Positions 42,306 through 53,599 of a stretch of 64,000 bases of DNA are shown here, piece after piece. The DNA comes from an uncultured Actinomycetota bacterium. GTDB lineage: Bacteria; Actinomycetota; Actinomycetes; Propionibacteriales; Kribbellaceae. The stretch's first letter is position 1; every line of letters begins with the position of its first letter. Position numbers and translations under genes: made by a program. The stretch covers positions 474,050-538,049 of the forward strand of contig CAVVIA010000006.1 in assembly GCA_963748245.1 (NCBI GenBank), written 5' to 3'. The notes beneath the pieces were generated by a model. The model was not told where the DNA came from and did no database searches. It saw only the letters and a program-made list of their open reading frames with translations.

Positions 42306-43838
42306 GTGAAGTCGTCGTCCCGCAGGAAAAGCGCGCTGCCCATCCGGGTGGTCGCCTTCGTCGCCTCCGCGGCACTCTTGGTCCTCACCGCCTGCTCCGC
42401 GGGTTCGGGTGCGTCGTCCGGCAGTTCGCCGGGCGGAGATCAGTCGTTGTCGATCGGCCTGGTCGCCGAGCCGGCCAGCCTCGACTTCACCACCACCGAC
42501 GGTGCCGCGATCCCGCAGGTGCTGCTCGGCAACGTGTACGAGCGCCTGGTCAAGCAGGACGACTCCGGCAAGATCGTGCCGGCGCTGGCGAAGTCGTGGA
42601 CTGTCTCACCGGATCGCAAGACTTACACGTTCGACTTGGTCGACAACGCGAAGTTCACCAACGGCAAGCCGTTCACCGCCGCCGATGCGGTGTTCAGCAT
42701 CAACCGGGTGAAGACGGCCTGGACGACGTCGCTCAAGTCCGCGATGGACGTCGTACAGGAAGCCAAGGCGCTGTCGCCGACGCAGGTGCAGGTGACGCTG
42801 ACCAAGCCGAGCAACGGCTGGCTGTTCCGGATGACGACCCGGATCGGCGCGATGTTCTCCGAGACCGGCGTGAGCGCGCTGGCCACGGACCCGATCGGCA
42901 CCGGCCCGTTCAAGTTCTCGAAGTGGAACCGCGGCGACTCGATCGTGCTGGAGCGCAACGACGACTACTGGGGGACGAAGCCGTTCTTCAACCAGATCAC
43001 GCTGAAGTACTTCAAGGACCCGACCGCGCTGAACAACGCGCTGCTCACCGGGACCATCAACGTGATCGGCACCGTGCAGGCGCCGGAGGCGCTGAGCCAG
43101 TTCACCAGCAACGACAAGTACCAGGTGATCGAGGGGACGACGAACGGCGAGGTGCTGCTGTCGTTCAACAACTCCGAGCCGATCTTCAAGGACATCCGGA
43201 CCCGGCAGGCGATCCGCCAGGCGATCGACCACAAGGCCTTGATGGACACGTGCTGGGCCGGTCGCGGCAAGCTGATCGGCAGCATGGTCCCGCCGACCGA
43301 CCCGTGGTACGAGGATCTGACCGGTGTCGCGCCGTACGACCTGGCCAAGGCGAAGTCGTTGCTGCAGGCATCTGGTGCCGCGGGCAAGACGTTGCGGCTG
43401 CGGCTGCCCACGTTGCCGTACGCGATCTCCTGCGGCCAGGTGGTAAGAGTCAGCTGGAGCAGGCCGGGTTGAAGGTCGCGATCGACCAGCAGGAGTTCCC
43501 GGCGGCGTGGCTGACCAACGTGCTTCAAGAACGCCGACTACGACATGTCGATCATCGCGCACGTCGAACCGCGTGACCTCGGTGCGGTCTTCAACGCGAA
43601 GTACTACACCCGGTACGACGACCCGACGCTGCAGCAGTACCTGGCCGCGGCGGACTCGGGTGACGAGGCGGCGCAGGTCGACAACATGAAGAAGGCAGCG
43701 CGGCGGATCTCCGAGCAGGCCGCGGGCGACTGGCTCTTCCTGCTGCCGAACCTGATCGTCGCGGACAAGAACCTGACCGGCCTGCCGCAGAACGCGATCA
43801 CCGAGAACTTCGACCTGACCAGCCTCGCCCGCTCCTGA
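42306..43838 (+). CDS. Peptide/nickel-family ABC substrate-binding lipoprotein (frameshift near 43445)
   Basis: LTAC lipobox, LAKSW, FTAAD, PIGTGPF; C-terminal part in another frame. Confidence 0.92.
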
Positions 43839-43856
43839 GTCGATACGGACCAGCTG

Positions 43857-44804
43857 ATGATCCTCCGCCTGATCGAACGCACCGCGGTGCTCCTGGTCAG
43901 CCTTGCGGTCAGTTCGGTGCTCGTGTTCGCGTTCCTGGCCGTGCTGCCCGGCGACCCGGCGCGGGTCGCGCTCGGCGTGAACGCGTCCGACGAGGCCGTC
44001 GCGGAACTGCGCCGGCAGTTCGGTCTCGACCGGCCGCTGCCGACGCAGTACGTCGACTGGCTCGGCGGGATGCTGCGCGGTGACTTCGGGACGTCGTACG
44101 TGTCGAAGGCCGAGATCGGGCCGCAGATCGTCGATCGGTTCCAGGTGACGCTGTGGCTGGTCGTGGCCGGCATGGTCATCGCGTTGCTGATCGCGGTGCC
44201 GGCCGGCACGGTGATGGCGGCGCGGCACCGGAAGGTCTCCGGGCTGGCGTTGTCCGCGGTCTCGCAGCTGGGCGTCGCCGTACCGGCGTTCCTCGCGGGC
44301 ATCCTGCTGATCATGGTGTTCGCGGTGAAGCTCGGCTGGCTGCCCGCGAACGGCTGGACTCCGCCGGCCCAGGACCCCGGCATGTTTGTCAGACAGTTGA
44401 TCATGCCTGCCTTGGCACTCGGTCTAGTACAAGGCGCTGTCTTGACCCGATACGTGCGTAGCGCCGTGCTCGACGTCCTGCGTGAGGACTACCTGCGGAC
44501 GGCGCGCGCCAAAGGGCTGAGGCCGTTCCCGGCACTGTGGCGGCACGGCATCCGCAACGCGGCCGTCCCGGTGGTGACCGTGCTCGGTCTCCAGCTCGCG
44601 ACCCTGCTGATCGGCGCGGTCGTCGTGGAGCGCGTGTTCGTCATCCCCGGGCTCGGCAGCCTCCTCCTGGACGGTGTGTCGAACCGCGATCTCCTCCTCG
44701 TCCAGGACGTGGTGATGGTGCTGGTGATCGCCGTACTCGTCGTCAACTTCCTGGTCGATCTCCTGTACGTCGCGCTGGACCCCCGGCTGCGGGTGTCGCG
44801 ATGA
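43857..44804 (+). CDS. ABC permease (DppB-like)
   Basis: PGDPA, GDFGTS, EDYLRTARAKGL. Confidence 0.95.
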   Translation: MILRLIERTAVLLVSLAVSSVLVFAFLAVLPGDPARVALGVNASDEAVAELRRQFGLDRPLPTQYVDWLGGMLRGDFGTSYVSKAEIGPQIVDRFQVTLWLVVAGMVIALLIAVPAGTVMAARHRKVSGLALSAVSQLGVAVPAFLAGILLIMVFAVKLGWLPANGWTPPAQDPGMFVRQLIMPALALGLVQGAVLTRYVRSAVLDVLREDYLRTARAKGLRPFPALWRHGIRNAAVPVVTVLGLQLATLLIGAVVVERVFVIPGLGSLLLDGVSNRDLLLVQDVVMVLVIAVLVVNFLVDLLYVALDPRLRVSR

Positions 44805-45620
44805 GGCGGCTGAATCCGAGCCTGATCGTCGGCGCAGTGATCGTCGGGCTCATCGCGCTGATGGCGCTCGTCTCGTTCGTCTGGACGCCGTACGACGCCA
44901 CGCTCGTGGACCCGACCGTCCGGCTGGCCAAGCCGTCGTGGGACCACTGGTTCGGGACCGACAAGTTCGGCCGGGACGTGTTCAGCCAGATCATGGTCGG
45001 GTCGCGGACCACGTTGTTCGTCGGCGTGGTCGCGGTCGGCGTGGCCGCGGTGATCGGCGTACCGCTGGGGATCCTGGCCGCGATGGCGCGGCGGTGGCCG
45101 AGCGAGTTCATCATGCGGACCAACGATCTGCTGCTGGCGTTCCCGGCGTTGCTGCTGGCCATCATGTTCGGCGCGGTGTTCGGGGCGAGCACGACTGACG
45201 GCGATGATTGCCATCGGCATCGCGTCGGTGCCGAGCTTCGCCCGGGTGATCCGGAGCGGCGCGTTGCAGGTGATGCGGACCGAGTACGTGCTGGCGGCCC
45301 GGGCTGCCGGCCGGCAGCCGTTCCCGATCGCCGTCCGGCATGTGCTGCCCAACGTGACCAGCCTGATCACTGTGCAGGCGTCGGTGTCGTTCGCGATCGC
45401 GGTGCTGGCCGAGGCGGCGCTGTCGTTCCTCGGGTACGGGACGCCGCCGCCGACCCCGTCGTGGGGACGGATGCTGCAGGAGAGTCAGGAGTTCCTGTTC
45501 AGCGCGCCGCGGCTGGCGATCTTCCCGGGGGTGGCGATCGCGATCGCCGTCCTGGGTTTCAATCTGCTCGGTGACGGTCTCCGCGACCGCTTCGACCCGA
45601 AGCTGGAGGACCGCCGATGA
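44801..45620 (+). CDS. ABC permease (DppC-like), frameshift near 45190
   Basis: HWFGTDKFGRD, EYVLAARAAG, HVLPN, PSWG. Confidence 0.92.
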
Positions 45621-46607
45621 GCGACGACGTACTGCGCGATGACGTACTGAGCGATGACGTGCTGAGCGTTCGCGGTCTGACCGTGACGGTGCGGGACAAG
45701 ACGTTGGTCTCGGACGTCGATCTGACGGTCGGACCGGGGGAGCGGGTCGGGCTGATCGGCGAGTCCGGGTCGGGGAAGTCGCTGACCGCGCTGAGCGTGC
45801 TCGGTCTCCTGCCCGAGGACGTGATCGCGGCCGGCTCGGTACGGCTGACCGGTGTCGACCACGAGTTGATCGGTGCCGGCGAACGGCGGATGTCGCGGGT
45901 CCGCGGCCGGCAGTTGGCGATGGTGTTCCAGGAGCCGATGACCGCGCTCAACCCGACGATGCGGATCGGCGATCAGATCGCGGAAGCCATGCTCATCCAC
46001 CGGACGGTGCCCGGTCGTGGCGGCAGCCCGGGAGGCGGCGGTCGAACTGCTCGAACGGGTTCAGTTGCCAGCGGAAACACTGCGCGCGTACCCGCACCAA
46101 CTGTCCGGTGGCCAACGGCAACGAGTCGTCCTGGGCCTCGCCCTCGCCAACGATCCCGCCCTGCTGATCTGCGACGAACCGACGACCGCGCTCGACGTCA
46201 CCGTGCAGGCGCTCGTCCTCGACCTCATCGTCAAGGGCGTGGTCGCCCGTTCGTCGGCTCTGCTGTTCATCACCCACGACCTCGCCGTCGTCGCCACCGT
46301 CTGCGAGCGTGTTCTCGTGATGTACGGCGGTCGCGTCGTCGAGTCGGGTCCGGTCAGTGAGGTGTTCACGCGGCCCCGTCACCGCTACACCGAAGGTCTG
46401 CTCGCGGCCTCCGATCTGGAGACGGCCGACCGGCGGCTGACCACGATCCCGGGGAACGTGCCGCCGGCCGGTCAGTTCCCGTCGGGCTGCGTGTTCCGCA
46501 CTCGCTGCCGGCATGCCACCGACGTCTGTTCCACCACTCCGGCCTGGAGCGGGTCGGAGGCGACCGGCTTCGCATGCCACCATCCCGTGGAGGTTGCACA
46601 TGTCTGA
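45617..46607 (+). CDS. ABC ATPase (DppD-like), frameshift near 46015
   Basis: GESGSGKS, YPHQLSGGQ, DEPTTALD, C-terminal Cys cluster. Confidence 0.92.
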
Positions 46608-47487
46608 CATGTCACTCCGTGAGCATGTACGCGCGGCGCACCAGCCCGAGGCCAAGCCGGCCATCCAACTGATCGACGTCGTACGCAACTACACCCGGCC
46701 GCGTACGTCGCTGCTCCACGCAGCCCCCGTGGTCCACGCGCTGCGCGGGGTGAACCTCGAGGTCAAACCAGGCGAACGCTTCGGCATCGTCGGCGAATCG
46801 GGCTGCGGCAAGTCGACCCTGCTCCGGATCATCGCCGCGCTCGACCAGGCGACCTCCGGTCACGTCGTTGTCGAAGGCACCGACATCACCCGGCTGCCGG
46901 AGCGGCGGCTGCGATTCCTCCGCGAGAACCTGCAGCTCGTCTTCCAGGACCCGATGAGCTCGCTCGACCCGCGCATGCGCGTCCGCGACATCATCGCCGA
47001 ACCCCTTGTCGTCCAAGGGCATCCGGCCTCCGGCGAACGCGTCCGCGAACTGCTCGAAGCGGTCGGGCTGTCCGCCGACGCGGGCGACCGGTACCCGCAC
47101 CAGTTCTCCGGCGGTCAGCGGCAACGCATCTCGATCGCCCGCGCCCTTGCTCCGCGCCCGCGCATCCTGATCGCGGACGAGCCGGTCAGCGCGCTCGACG
47201 TCTCGGTCCGCGCACAGGTCCTCAACCTGATCTCCGACCTGGTCGACGAACTCAACCTGACCCTCGTCTTCGTCTCCCACGACCTGTCCGTCGTCAAACA
47301 CGTCTGCGACCGGGTCGCCGTGATGAACGCCGGCCAGATCGTCGAGACCGGCTTCACCGGCGACGTGTACGCCGCCCCACAGCACCCGTACACCCAACGC
47401 CTCGTCTCGGCCATCCCCACTCTCCACAGAGCGTTGTCCGGAGCAACCACCACCGACCTGCTCGCTGCGAAGGGAGAACCCGGATGA
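46600..47487 (+). CDS. ABC ATPase (DppF-like)
   Basis: GESGCGKS, FSGGQ, DEPVSALD. Confidence 0.95.
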   Translation: MSDMSLREHVRAAHQPEAKPAIQLIDVVRNYTRPRTSLLHAAPVVHALRGVNLEVKPGERFGIVGESGCGKSTLLRIIAALDQATSGHVVVEGTDITRLPERRLRFLRENLQLVFQDPMSSLDPRMRVRDIIAEPLVVQGHPASGERVRELLEAVGLSADAGDRYPHQFSGGQRQRISIARALAPRPRILIADEPVSALDVSVRAQVLNLISDLVDELNLTLVFVSHDLSVVKHVCDRVAVMNAGQIVETGFTGDVYAAPQHPYTQRLVSAIPTLHRALSGATTTDLLAAKGEPG

Positions 47488-48917
47488 AGTACCCGGCCGG
47501 TCTACCGATCGGAGAGGCCTGGGTCGAGGCGCCGTCCACCGAGCCGGTGGTCTTCCCGTACGACGGTTCGACCGTCACCGACGCGCCCGTCGGGGACGTG
47601 GAGCTGGCCCAGCAGGCGCTCGACCACGCCCTTGCCGTCCGAGATGCGGTTGGTCGACTTCCGTCGTACGTACGGCGGAACGCCTTGCAGAGCGTGCATG
47701 CCACGATCTCGGCCTCACGCGATGCCTTCGTCGATCTGCTGGTGCTCGAGACCGGGAAGCCGTTGGTCGACTGCCGGGTCGAGGTCGATCGGACGCTGCT
47801 GACTTTGGAGACCTCGGCCGAGGAGGTCGCGCGGCTCCACGGTGAGACGGTGCCGCTGGATCTGCTGCCGAGCGGGGACGGTCTGGTCGGGTTCTGGGTG
47901 CGGAAGCCGATCGGGGTCGTCGTCGGGATCACCGGGTTCAACTATCCGTTGCTGCTCGCCTCGCACAAGATCGCGCCGGCGCTCGCGGCCGGGTGCCCGG
48001 TGATCGTGAAGCCGGCGCCGCAGACTCCGCTCGCGACCTTGTGGCTCGTCCATCTGATGAGGGAGGCGTTGGTCGAGGCCGGCGCTCCGGCGGCCGCCGT
48101 ACAACTGGTGACCGGGGGACCGGACGTCGGTGCGACGCTCACCACGGACCGCCGGATCGGCGCGGTCTCGTTTACCGGCTCGGCCGCGGTCGGTCACCAG
48201 ATCGCCCGCGACGCCGCGCCGACGAAGGTGCTCCTCGAGCTCGGCTCGAACTCCGCGCTCGTCGTGGCCGCCGACGCCGACCTCGATGCAGCGGCCGATG
48301 CGATCATCCGCGGCGGGTACTACGCATCTGGTCAGGCATGTATCTCTGTGCAACGAGTAGTCGTTGTCGAGTCCATACATGCCACATTGCTAGACAAGCT
48401 GACCGAGCGTCTGCCTGCCGTGGTTGTCGGCGATCCGCGCTCCCCGGAGACCCGGGTGTCGGCGCTCATCGATCCGAAGTCGACCTCGCGGGTCCGTGCT
48501 TGGGTCGATGCGTCGGTCGCATCCGGTGCCGAGCTGGCCTACTCGAAGGACGGGGACCTGCTGGGACCGACCGTGCTGACTGATGTGCAATCGGGGCAGC
48601 TCGCGTGGGACGAGGAGATCTTCGGGCCGGTGATCGCGGTCCGGTCGGTGCCGGATCTCGAGACGGCATTCGCCACGGTCAATGCATCCCGGTACGGCTT
48701 GCACGCAAGTGTGTTCACGTCCTCGCTCGACACGGCGTTCACCGCGATCGACCGGCTCGACGTGGGCGGGGTGGTGATCAACGAGGTACCGGGATTCCGG
48801 TCCGACGTGATGCCGTACGGCGGCGTGAAGGACTCCGGGATCGGCCGCGAGGGACCACGGTTCGCGATCGAGGAATTGACCACGACCCGGATGGCCATCA
48901 TCCGCCCGAGGCCCTGA
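47484..48917 (+). CDS. Aldehyde dehydrogenase
   Basis: FTGS, LELG, GQAC, EEIFGP, PYGGVKDSG. Confidence 0.95.
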   Translation: MKYPAGLPIGEAWVEAPSTEPVVFPYDGSTVTDAPVGDVELAQQALDHALAVRDAVGRLPSYVRRNALQSVHATISASRDAFVDLLVLETGKPLVDCRVEVDRTLLTLETSAEEVARLHGETVPLDLLPSGDGLVGFWVRKPIGVVVGITGFNYPLLLASHKIAPALAAGCPVIVKPAPQTPLATLWLVHLMREALVEAGAPAAAVQLVTGGPDVGATLTTDRRIGAVSFTGSAAVGHQIARDAAPTKVLLELGSNSALVVAADADLDAAADAIIRGGYYASGQACISVQRVVVVESIHATLLDKLTERLPAVVVGDPRSPETRVSALIDPKSTSRVRAWVDASVASGAELAYSKDGDLLGPTVLTDVQSGQLAWDEEIFGPVIAVRSVPDLETAFATVNASRYGLHASVFTSSLDTAFTAIDRLDVGGVVINEVPGFRSDVMPYGGVKDSGIGREGPRFAIEELTTTRMAIIRPRP

Positions 48918-48996
48918 CCATGCCGCGCGGAGAACCGTGGGTCGTCGCCCTCACGTCTTCGGGCCCACGTGATCGCCGAGCAGACGAAGGGGAATC

Positions 48997-49767
48997 GTGA
49001 CGGACTACACGAGATTGTTCCGCCTGGACGGCAAACACGCGCTGGTGATCGGTGCCGGCAGCGGTATCGGTCGGGAGAGTGCCCTCGCGCTGGCCGCCCA
49101 GGGTGCCCGGGTCACGTGTGCTGACCGGGATTCGGCCGCGGCCGACGAGACCGCGGGTCGTGGTGATCACCTGACGTCGTACGCGCTCGACGTACTGGAC
49201 GACGCGGCGATCACCCGGGCCGCGGACGAGCTCGACGTTGTCGACGTACTCGTGTTCACCGCGGCGACCAACGTGCGGAAGCGGATTCTCGACTACACCG
49301 ACGAGGAGTTCGACCGGGTCGTGGCGCTCAACCTGCGGGCGTCGTTCCAGCTGATCCGGGCGTTCGGCAAGCAGATGGCCGAGCGGGGGAGCGGCAGCAT
49401 CATCGGGTTCAGCTCGATCCGCGGTACGACGGTGGAGCCCGGCCAATCGGTGTACGCGGCAACCAAAGCGGGCCTGGTCCAGCTGCTCCGGACCGCCGCC
49501 GCCGAGCTCGGACCGAACGGCGTCCGTGTGAACGCGGTCGCACCCGGCGTCGTCGAGACCCCGCTCACCGCCCAGATCAAGGCGAACCAGGCCTGGTACG
49601 ACGCCTACGCGCAGAAAGGTGCGCTCGGACGCTGGGCCCGCCCGGAGGAACTCGCCGGCGCCGTCGTCTACCTCGCCTCCGACGCCGCCAGCTTCGTCAC
49701 CGGCAGCGTGATCGCCGTCGACGGCGGCTGGACCGCAGTGGACGGCCGCTTCAACCCACCCAACTGA
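48997..49767 (+). CDS. Short-chain dehydrogenase
   Basis: GAGSGIG, YAATK, VNAVAPG, VDGG. Confidence 0.95.
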   Translation: MTDYTRLFRLDGKHALVIGAGSGIGRESALALAAQGARVTCADRDSAAADETAGRGDHLTSYALDVLDDAAITRAADELDVVDVLVFTAATNVRKRILDYTDEEFDRVVALNLRASFQLIRAFGKQMAERGSGSIIGFSSIRGTTVEPGQSVYAATKAGLVQLLRTAAAELGPNGVRVNAVAPGVVETPLTAQIKANQAWYDAYAQKGALGRWARPEELAGAVVYLASDAASFVTGSVIAVDGGWTAVDGRFNPPN

Positions 49768-49804
49768 CCCGCTGAACTCGAGCTGCTGAAGTGGAGCCTG
49801 CCGC

Positions 49805-51172
49805 ATGAGCCTCGCTGACCTGACCGCGACCGAACTGTTGTCGATGTACCGCGACGGTTCGCTCTCACCTGTCGAGGTGATCGAGGACGTGCTCGCCAGG
49901 ATCGAGGAGCTCGAGCCGCGGATCTGCGCGACGTACGCCCTCGACCCGGCCGGCGCCCGCGCTGCCGCTCGCGAATCGGAACACCGGTGGCGCGACGGCT
50001 CGGCCGGCGCGCTCGAGGGCGTACCGACAACGGTCAAGGAGAACATCGCGACCCGTGGCACTCCGGTGCCTCAAGGCACCGCCGCGACCGAACTCGTTCC
50101 CGCGACCGAGGACGCGCCCGCCGCGGCCCGCCTGCGCGAGGCCGGTGCCGTGATCACTTGTAAGACAACGATGCCTGAATACGGAATGCTCTCGTCAGGC
50201 GTGTCAACGTTCCACCACCTCACCCGCAACCCCTGGGATCTGTCGAAGACGGCCGGCGGTTCGAGTGCGGGTGCCGCGGCAGCCGCCGCGGCTGGGTACG
50301 GCCCGCTGCACATCGGCACCGACATCGGCGGCTCGATCCGCCTACCGGCCGGCTGGTGTGGCGTCGTCGGCATCAAGCCCACCCACGGCCGAGTGGCGGT
50401 CGGGAACCCGTACCCGGGTCGCGCGATCGGCCCGCTCGCACGTACGGCGGCCGACGCGGCGCTCGCGTTGTCGGTGATGTCCGGGTACGACCCGCGCGAC
50501 CACACCTCCCTGCCGCCGATCAACGACAGCTACTCGGAGGATCTCGCGATCGACGGACTCCGCGTCGGCCTCCTGCTGGATGCCGGTGTCGGACTCCCCG
50601 TGGATCCCGAAGTACGAACGGCCGTCTCGTCGGCGGCCGCCGTACTGGAGAAGGGCGGCGCGACCGTCGAACCGATCGCCCCGATCATCACGCGCGCGAT
50701 GCTCGACGGGCTGGACCGCTTCTGGCGGGTCCGGTCCGCAGCCGACATCGCCGCCTTGCCCGAGGACCGACGGGCGAAGGTCCTTCCCGAGATCCGGTCC
50801 TGGGTCTCGACGGCCGGCGACCTGTCCGGATTCGACGTCTTCCACGGGTACAGCCAGATGGGTGCCATGGCGGCGGCGGTCACCGAGGTGTTCCGGTCGT
50901 ACGACGTGATCCTGTCACCGGTCGCACCGATCACGGCGTTCCCAGCTGAGCTGGCGTACCCGACCGACGATCCGTCGAGGCCGTTCGAGCACATCGGGTT
51001 CACAGTGCCGTACAACATGTCCGCGCATCCGGCCACAACGGTGAACGTCGGCTGGTCGCTGTCGGGGCTTCCGATCGGCGCGCAGCTCGCCGTACCGCAT
51101 CACCAGGACCTGACCGCGCTCGCGCTGGCGGCGTACCTCAAGACCGAAGGCCGGGGCTGGCCGACCCCCTGA
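49805..51172 (+). CDS. Amidase-signature enzyme
   Basis: GVPTTVKE, GGSSAG, GTDIGGSIR. Confidence 0.95.
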   Translation: MSLADLTATELLSMYRDGSLSPVEVIEDVLARIEELEPRICATYALDPAGARAAARESEHRWRDGSAGALEGVPTTVKENIATRGTPVPQGTAATELVPATEDAPAAARLREAGAVITCKTTMPEYGMLSSGVSTFHHLTRNPWDLSKTAGGSSAGAAAAAAAGYGPLHIGTDIGGSIRLPAGWCGVVGIKPTHGRVAVGNPYPGRAIGPLARTAADAALALSVMSGYDPRDHTSLPPINDSYSEDLAIDGLRVGLLLDAGVGLPVDPEVRTAVSSAAAVLEKGGATVEPIAPIITRAMLDGLDRFWRVRSAADIAALPEDRRAKVLPEIRSWVSTAGDLSGFDVFHGYSQMGAMAAAVTEVFRSYDVILSPVAPITAFPAELAYPTDDPSRPFEHIGFTVPYNMSAHPATTVNVGWSLSGLPIGAQLAVPHHQDLTALALAAYLKTEGRGWPTP

Positions 51173-51236
51173 TTTCACCGGCACTTTCTTCCGCAAGAGA
51201 CGGTCCAGTTGTAGCTTGAGGTCGAGGTTGCTGAGC

Positions 51237-52148
51237 ATGGCGGATCGTGTTGACGAGGTACCGGCCCACGCGGTGCGGCGCGGGCTGGTTTCGCACTGCT
51301 ATCGGATGCTCGGGTCCATCACCGAGGCACAGCAGGTCGCCACTTTGAGTCTCCAGTCGTCGGGCGACGCCTACGCGATCGCAACCCGGGAGTGCCTGGA
51401 CCGCGACGTGTGGCGGCCGTTGCCGACCGGTCTGGCGGAGGCGAGCGACGACCCCGAGGGGAAGCTGCACGAGCGCCACGAGGTGCTGTGGCTCGAACCG
51501 ATCCCGGACGACCTGACCGACGGCCGCCCGATCGGCCTGGACCTCGTCGCCGCGCTGCAACGCCTGCCCGCACGGCATCGGGCCGCGTTGATCCTGACCG
51601 ACATCGAGGGGTGGACGACTGATCGGGTGGCCGACTCGATCGGCACAACGTCGGCCGATCTCGCCGAAGCGCGCGAGCATTTCAGCCCGGGCCAGGGCCA
51701 CGTCGCGGACGACGCCGCGCTGCTGAATCGCTACCGCGCCGCGTTCGAGCAGTACGACGTACCGACCATCACCGGATTCTTCACCGACGACGCGATCTGG
51801 GAGATGCCGCCGTTCACCTCATGGTTCCGCGGCGCCCGCAACATCGGCCGGCTCATCTCCACCCACTGCCCGGCGAAAGGCCCCGGCGACCAGATCCTTG
51901 TCCCGGTCAAAGCCAACGGCCAGCCTGCCTTCGCGGTCTACATGCGCGACCCGGCCGACAACATGCACCGAGCCTTCCAACTCCAGGTCCTCACCCTCAC
52001 CGCCACCGGCATCATCCACGCCATCGCGTTCTTCGACCTGACCCTCTTCGAGACCTTCAACCTCCCCGACCTCCTCACCACCCTCCCCAAATCCCCCCAC
52101 GAGCCCCAGCCCACCCTCCACGTCACCCGCGCCGACAAGCACCAGTGA
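51237..52148 (+). CDS. SigG-like ECF sigma factor with SnoaL C-terminal domain, degenerate sigma regions
   Basis: HCYRMLGS, WLEPIPD, AALQRLP.R.RA.LIL, DDAIWEMPP, ANGQPAF. Confidence 0.8.
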   Translation: MADRVDEVPAHAVRRGLVSHCYRMLGSITEAQQVATLSLQSSGDAYAIATRECLDRDVWRPLPTGLAEASDDPEGKLHERHEVLWLEPIPDDLTDGRPIGLDLVAALQRLPARHRAALILTDIEGWTTDRVADSIGTTSADLAEAREHFSPGQGHVADDAALLNRYRAAFEQYDVPTITGFFTDDAIWEMPPFTSWFRGARNIGRLISTHCPAKGPGDQILVPVKANGQPAFAVYMRDPADNMHRAFQLQVLTLTATGIIHAIAFFDLTLFETFNLPDLLTTLPKSPHEPQPTLHVTRADKHQ

Positions 52149-52149
52149 C

Positions 52150-53599
52150 CTAGTACGACAGCCGTAGTTCGTGATCTGGCGGTGTGGCGGTCCCGGACGT
52201 GAGGCGGCCACCGCTTGATGATCTCGGGTTGTGTGGACTCAAGAAGATCTCGCGGTGGCCGCGGGCCAAAGCATAGACCCTGGTCGTTGGCGGGTGGAGT
52301 TCGATGGGTTGATGGCGCGGATCGCGTCTCGGTTCGCCCGATTGGAGTCGCGGCGGCTGGCGCGGGATGCGGTTGCGGGGTTGATGTCGGGGTTGGCGGT
52401 GAAGAACTGCTGGACGCTGGCTGAGCACGCTGGTCACGACTCGCCTGACGGCCTGCAGCACCTGCTGCGGAAGGCGAAATGGGATACCGATGGAGTGCGT
52501 GACGACCTGCGCCGGTAGGTCGTGGAGCGGCTCGGCGAGGTCGATGCCGTGCTGGTGGTGGACGAGACTGGCGACCTCAAGAAAGGCGCCCACACCGTTG
52601 GGGTGCAGCGCCAATACACCGGGACCGCTGGGCGGATCGAGAACGCCCAGGTCGCGGTCTATCTGACCTATGCCAGCACTGCCGGGCACGCGTTGATCGA
52701 CCGGGAGCTGTATCTGCCGCGGGTCTGGGCCGACGACACCGACCGGCGCGAGCAGGCCGGTGTCCCGGCGACGGCGAAGTTCGCGACCAAGCCTGCGCTG
52801 GCGACCGAGATGATCACCCGCGCCCTGGACGCCGGCGTGAGCGCGCGCTGGGTCGCCGGTGACGAGGTCTACGGCGCCGACCCGAAACTGCGTAAGACCT
52901 TGGCGGACCGCAGTGTCGGGTATGTGCTCGCGGTCGCGTGCAGCCACCCGGTCCGCACCGGCGTCGGCAAGATCCGCGCCGACGAACTCGCCGCCCGCCT
53001 GCCCCGCAAGGCATGGCAGCGGCTGTCGGCCGGTGCCGGCTCCAAGGGGCCACGGTTCTACGACTGGGCCTGGATCAGCATCGAACCCGAACCGGGAGCA
53101 GTGCCCAGTGGCGCTCAAGGGCAGCGGTGGCTGCTGATTCGCCGCAACAACGCCACCGGCGAGCTCGCCTACTACCGCTGCTGGTCACCGGCACCAGTCC
53201 CGCTGCGCGAACTGGTCCGCGTCGCCGGCCGCCGCTGGACGATCGAAGTGTCCTTCCAAGCCAGCAACACCCTCACCGGACTCGATCAGCACCAGGTCCG
53301 CCGCCGGCACAGCTGGCACCGCTGGACCATCCTCGCGATGCTCGCCTACGCCCTCCTTGCCGTCCTCACCGCGACCGAACGAGCCGAAACCTCACCCTCA
53401 CCAGGCCTGATCGCATTGACCTGCAACGAGATCCACCGCCTGTTCAACACCCTCATCGTCGAGCCGATACGAGACCTGCAACACCGGCTGCACTGGTCGA
53501 CCTGGAGACGCCGACACCAACACCGCGCCCGAACCAGCCACTACCAGCGCCGAGAAGCCTTCCTGGCATGAACGTCACGAAGTCCGGCTGTCGTACTAG
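52150..53599 (+). mobile_element. IS701-family insertion sequence
   Basis: Terminal inverted repeats CTAGTACGACAGCCG(TAG/GAC)TTCGTGA with CTAG at both ends; encloses a DDE transposase. Confidence 0.93.
52231..53571 (+). pseudogene. IS701 transposase with in-frame TAG at 52516-52518
   Basis: KNCWTLAEHAG, VDETG..KKG...VGVQRQYTG, GDEVYG, RWTIE; DDLRR*VVE. Confidence 0.88.

Noticed and set aside
45617..45667. 15-bp repeats encoding (S/R)DDVL three times
   Set aside because: Trivial slippage at the ATPase N-terminus.
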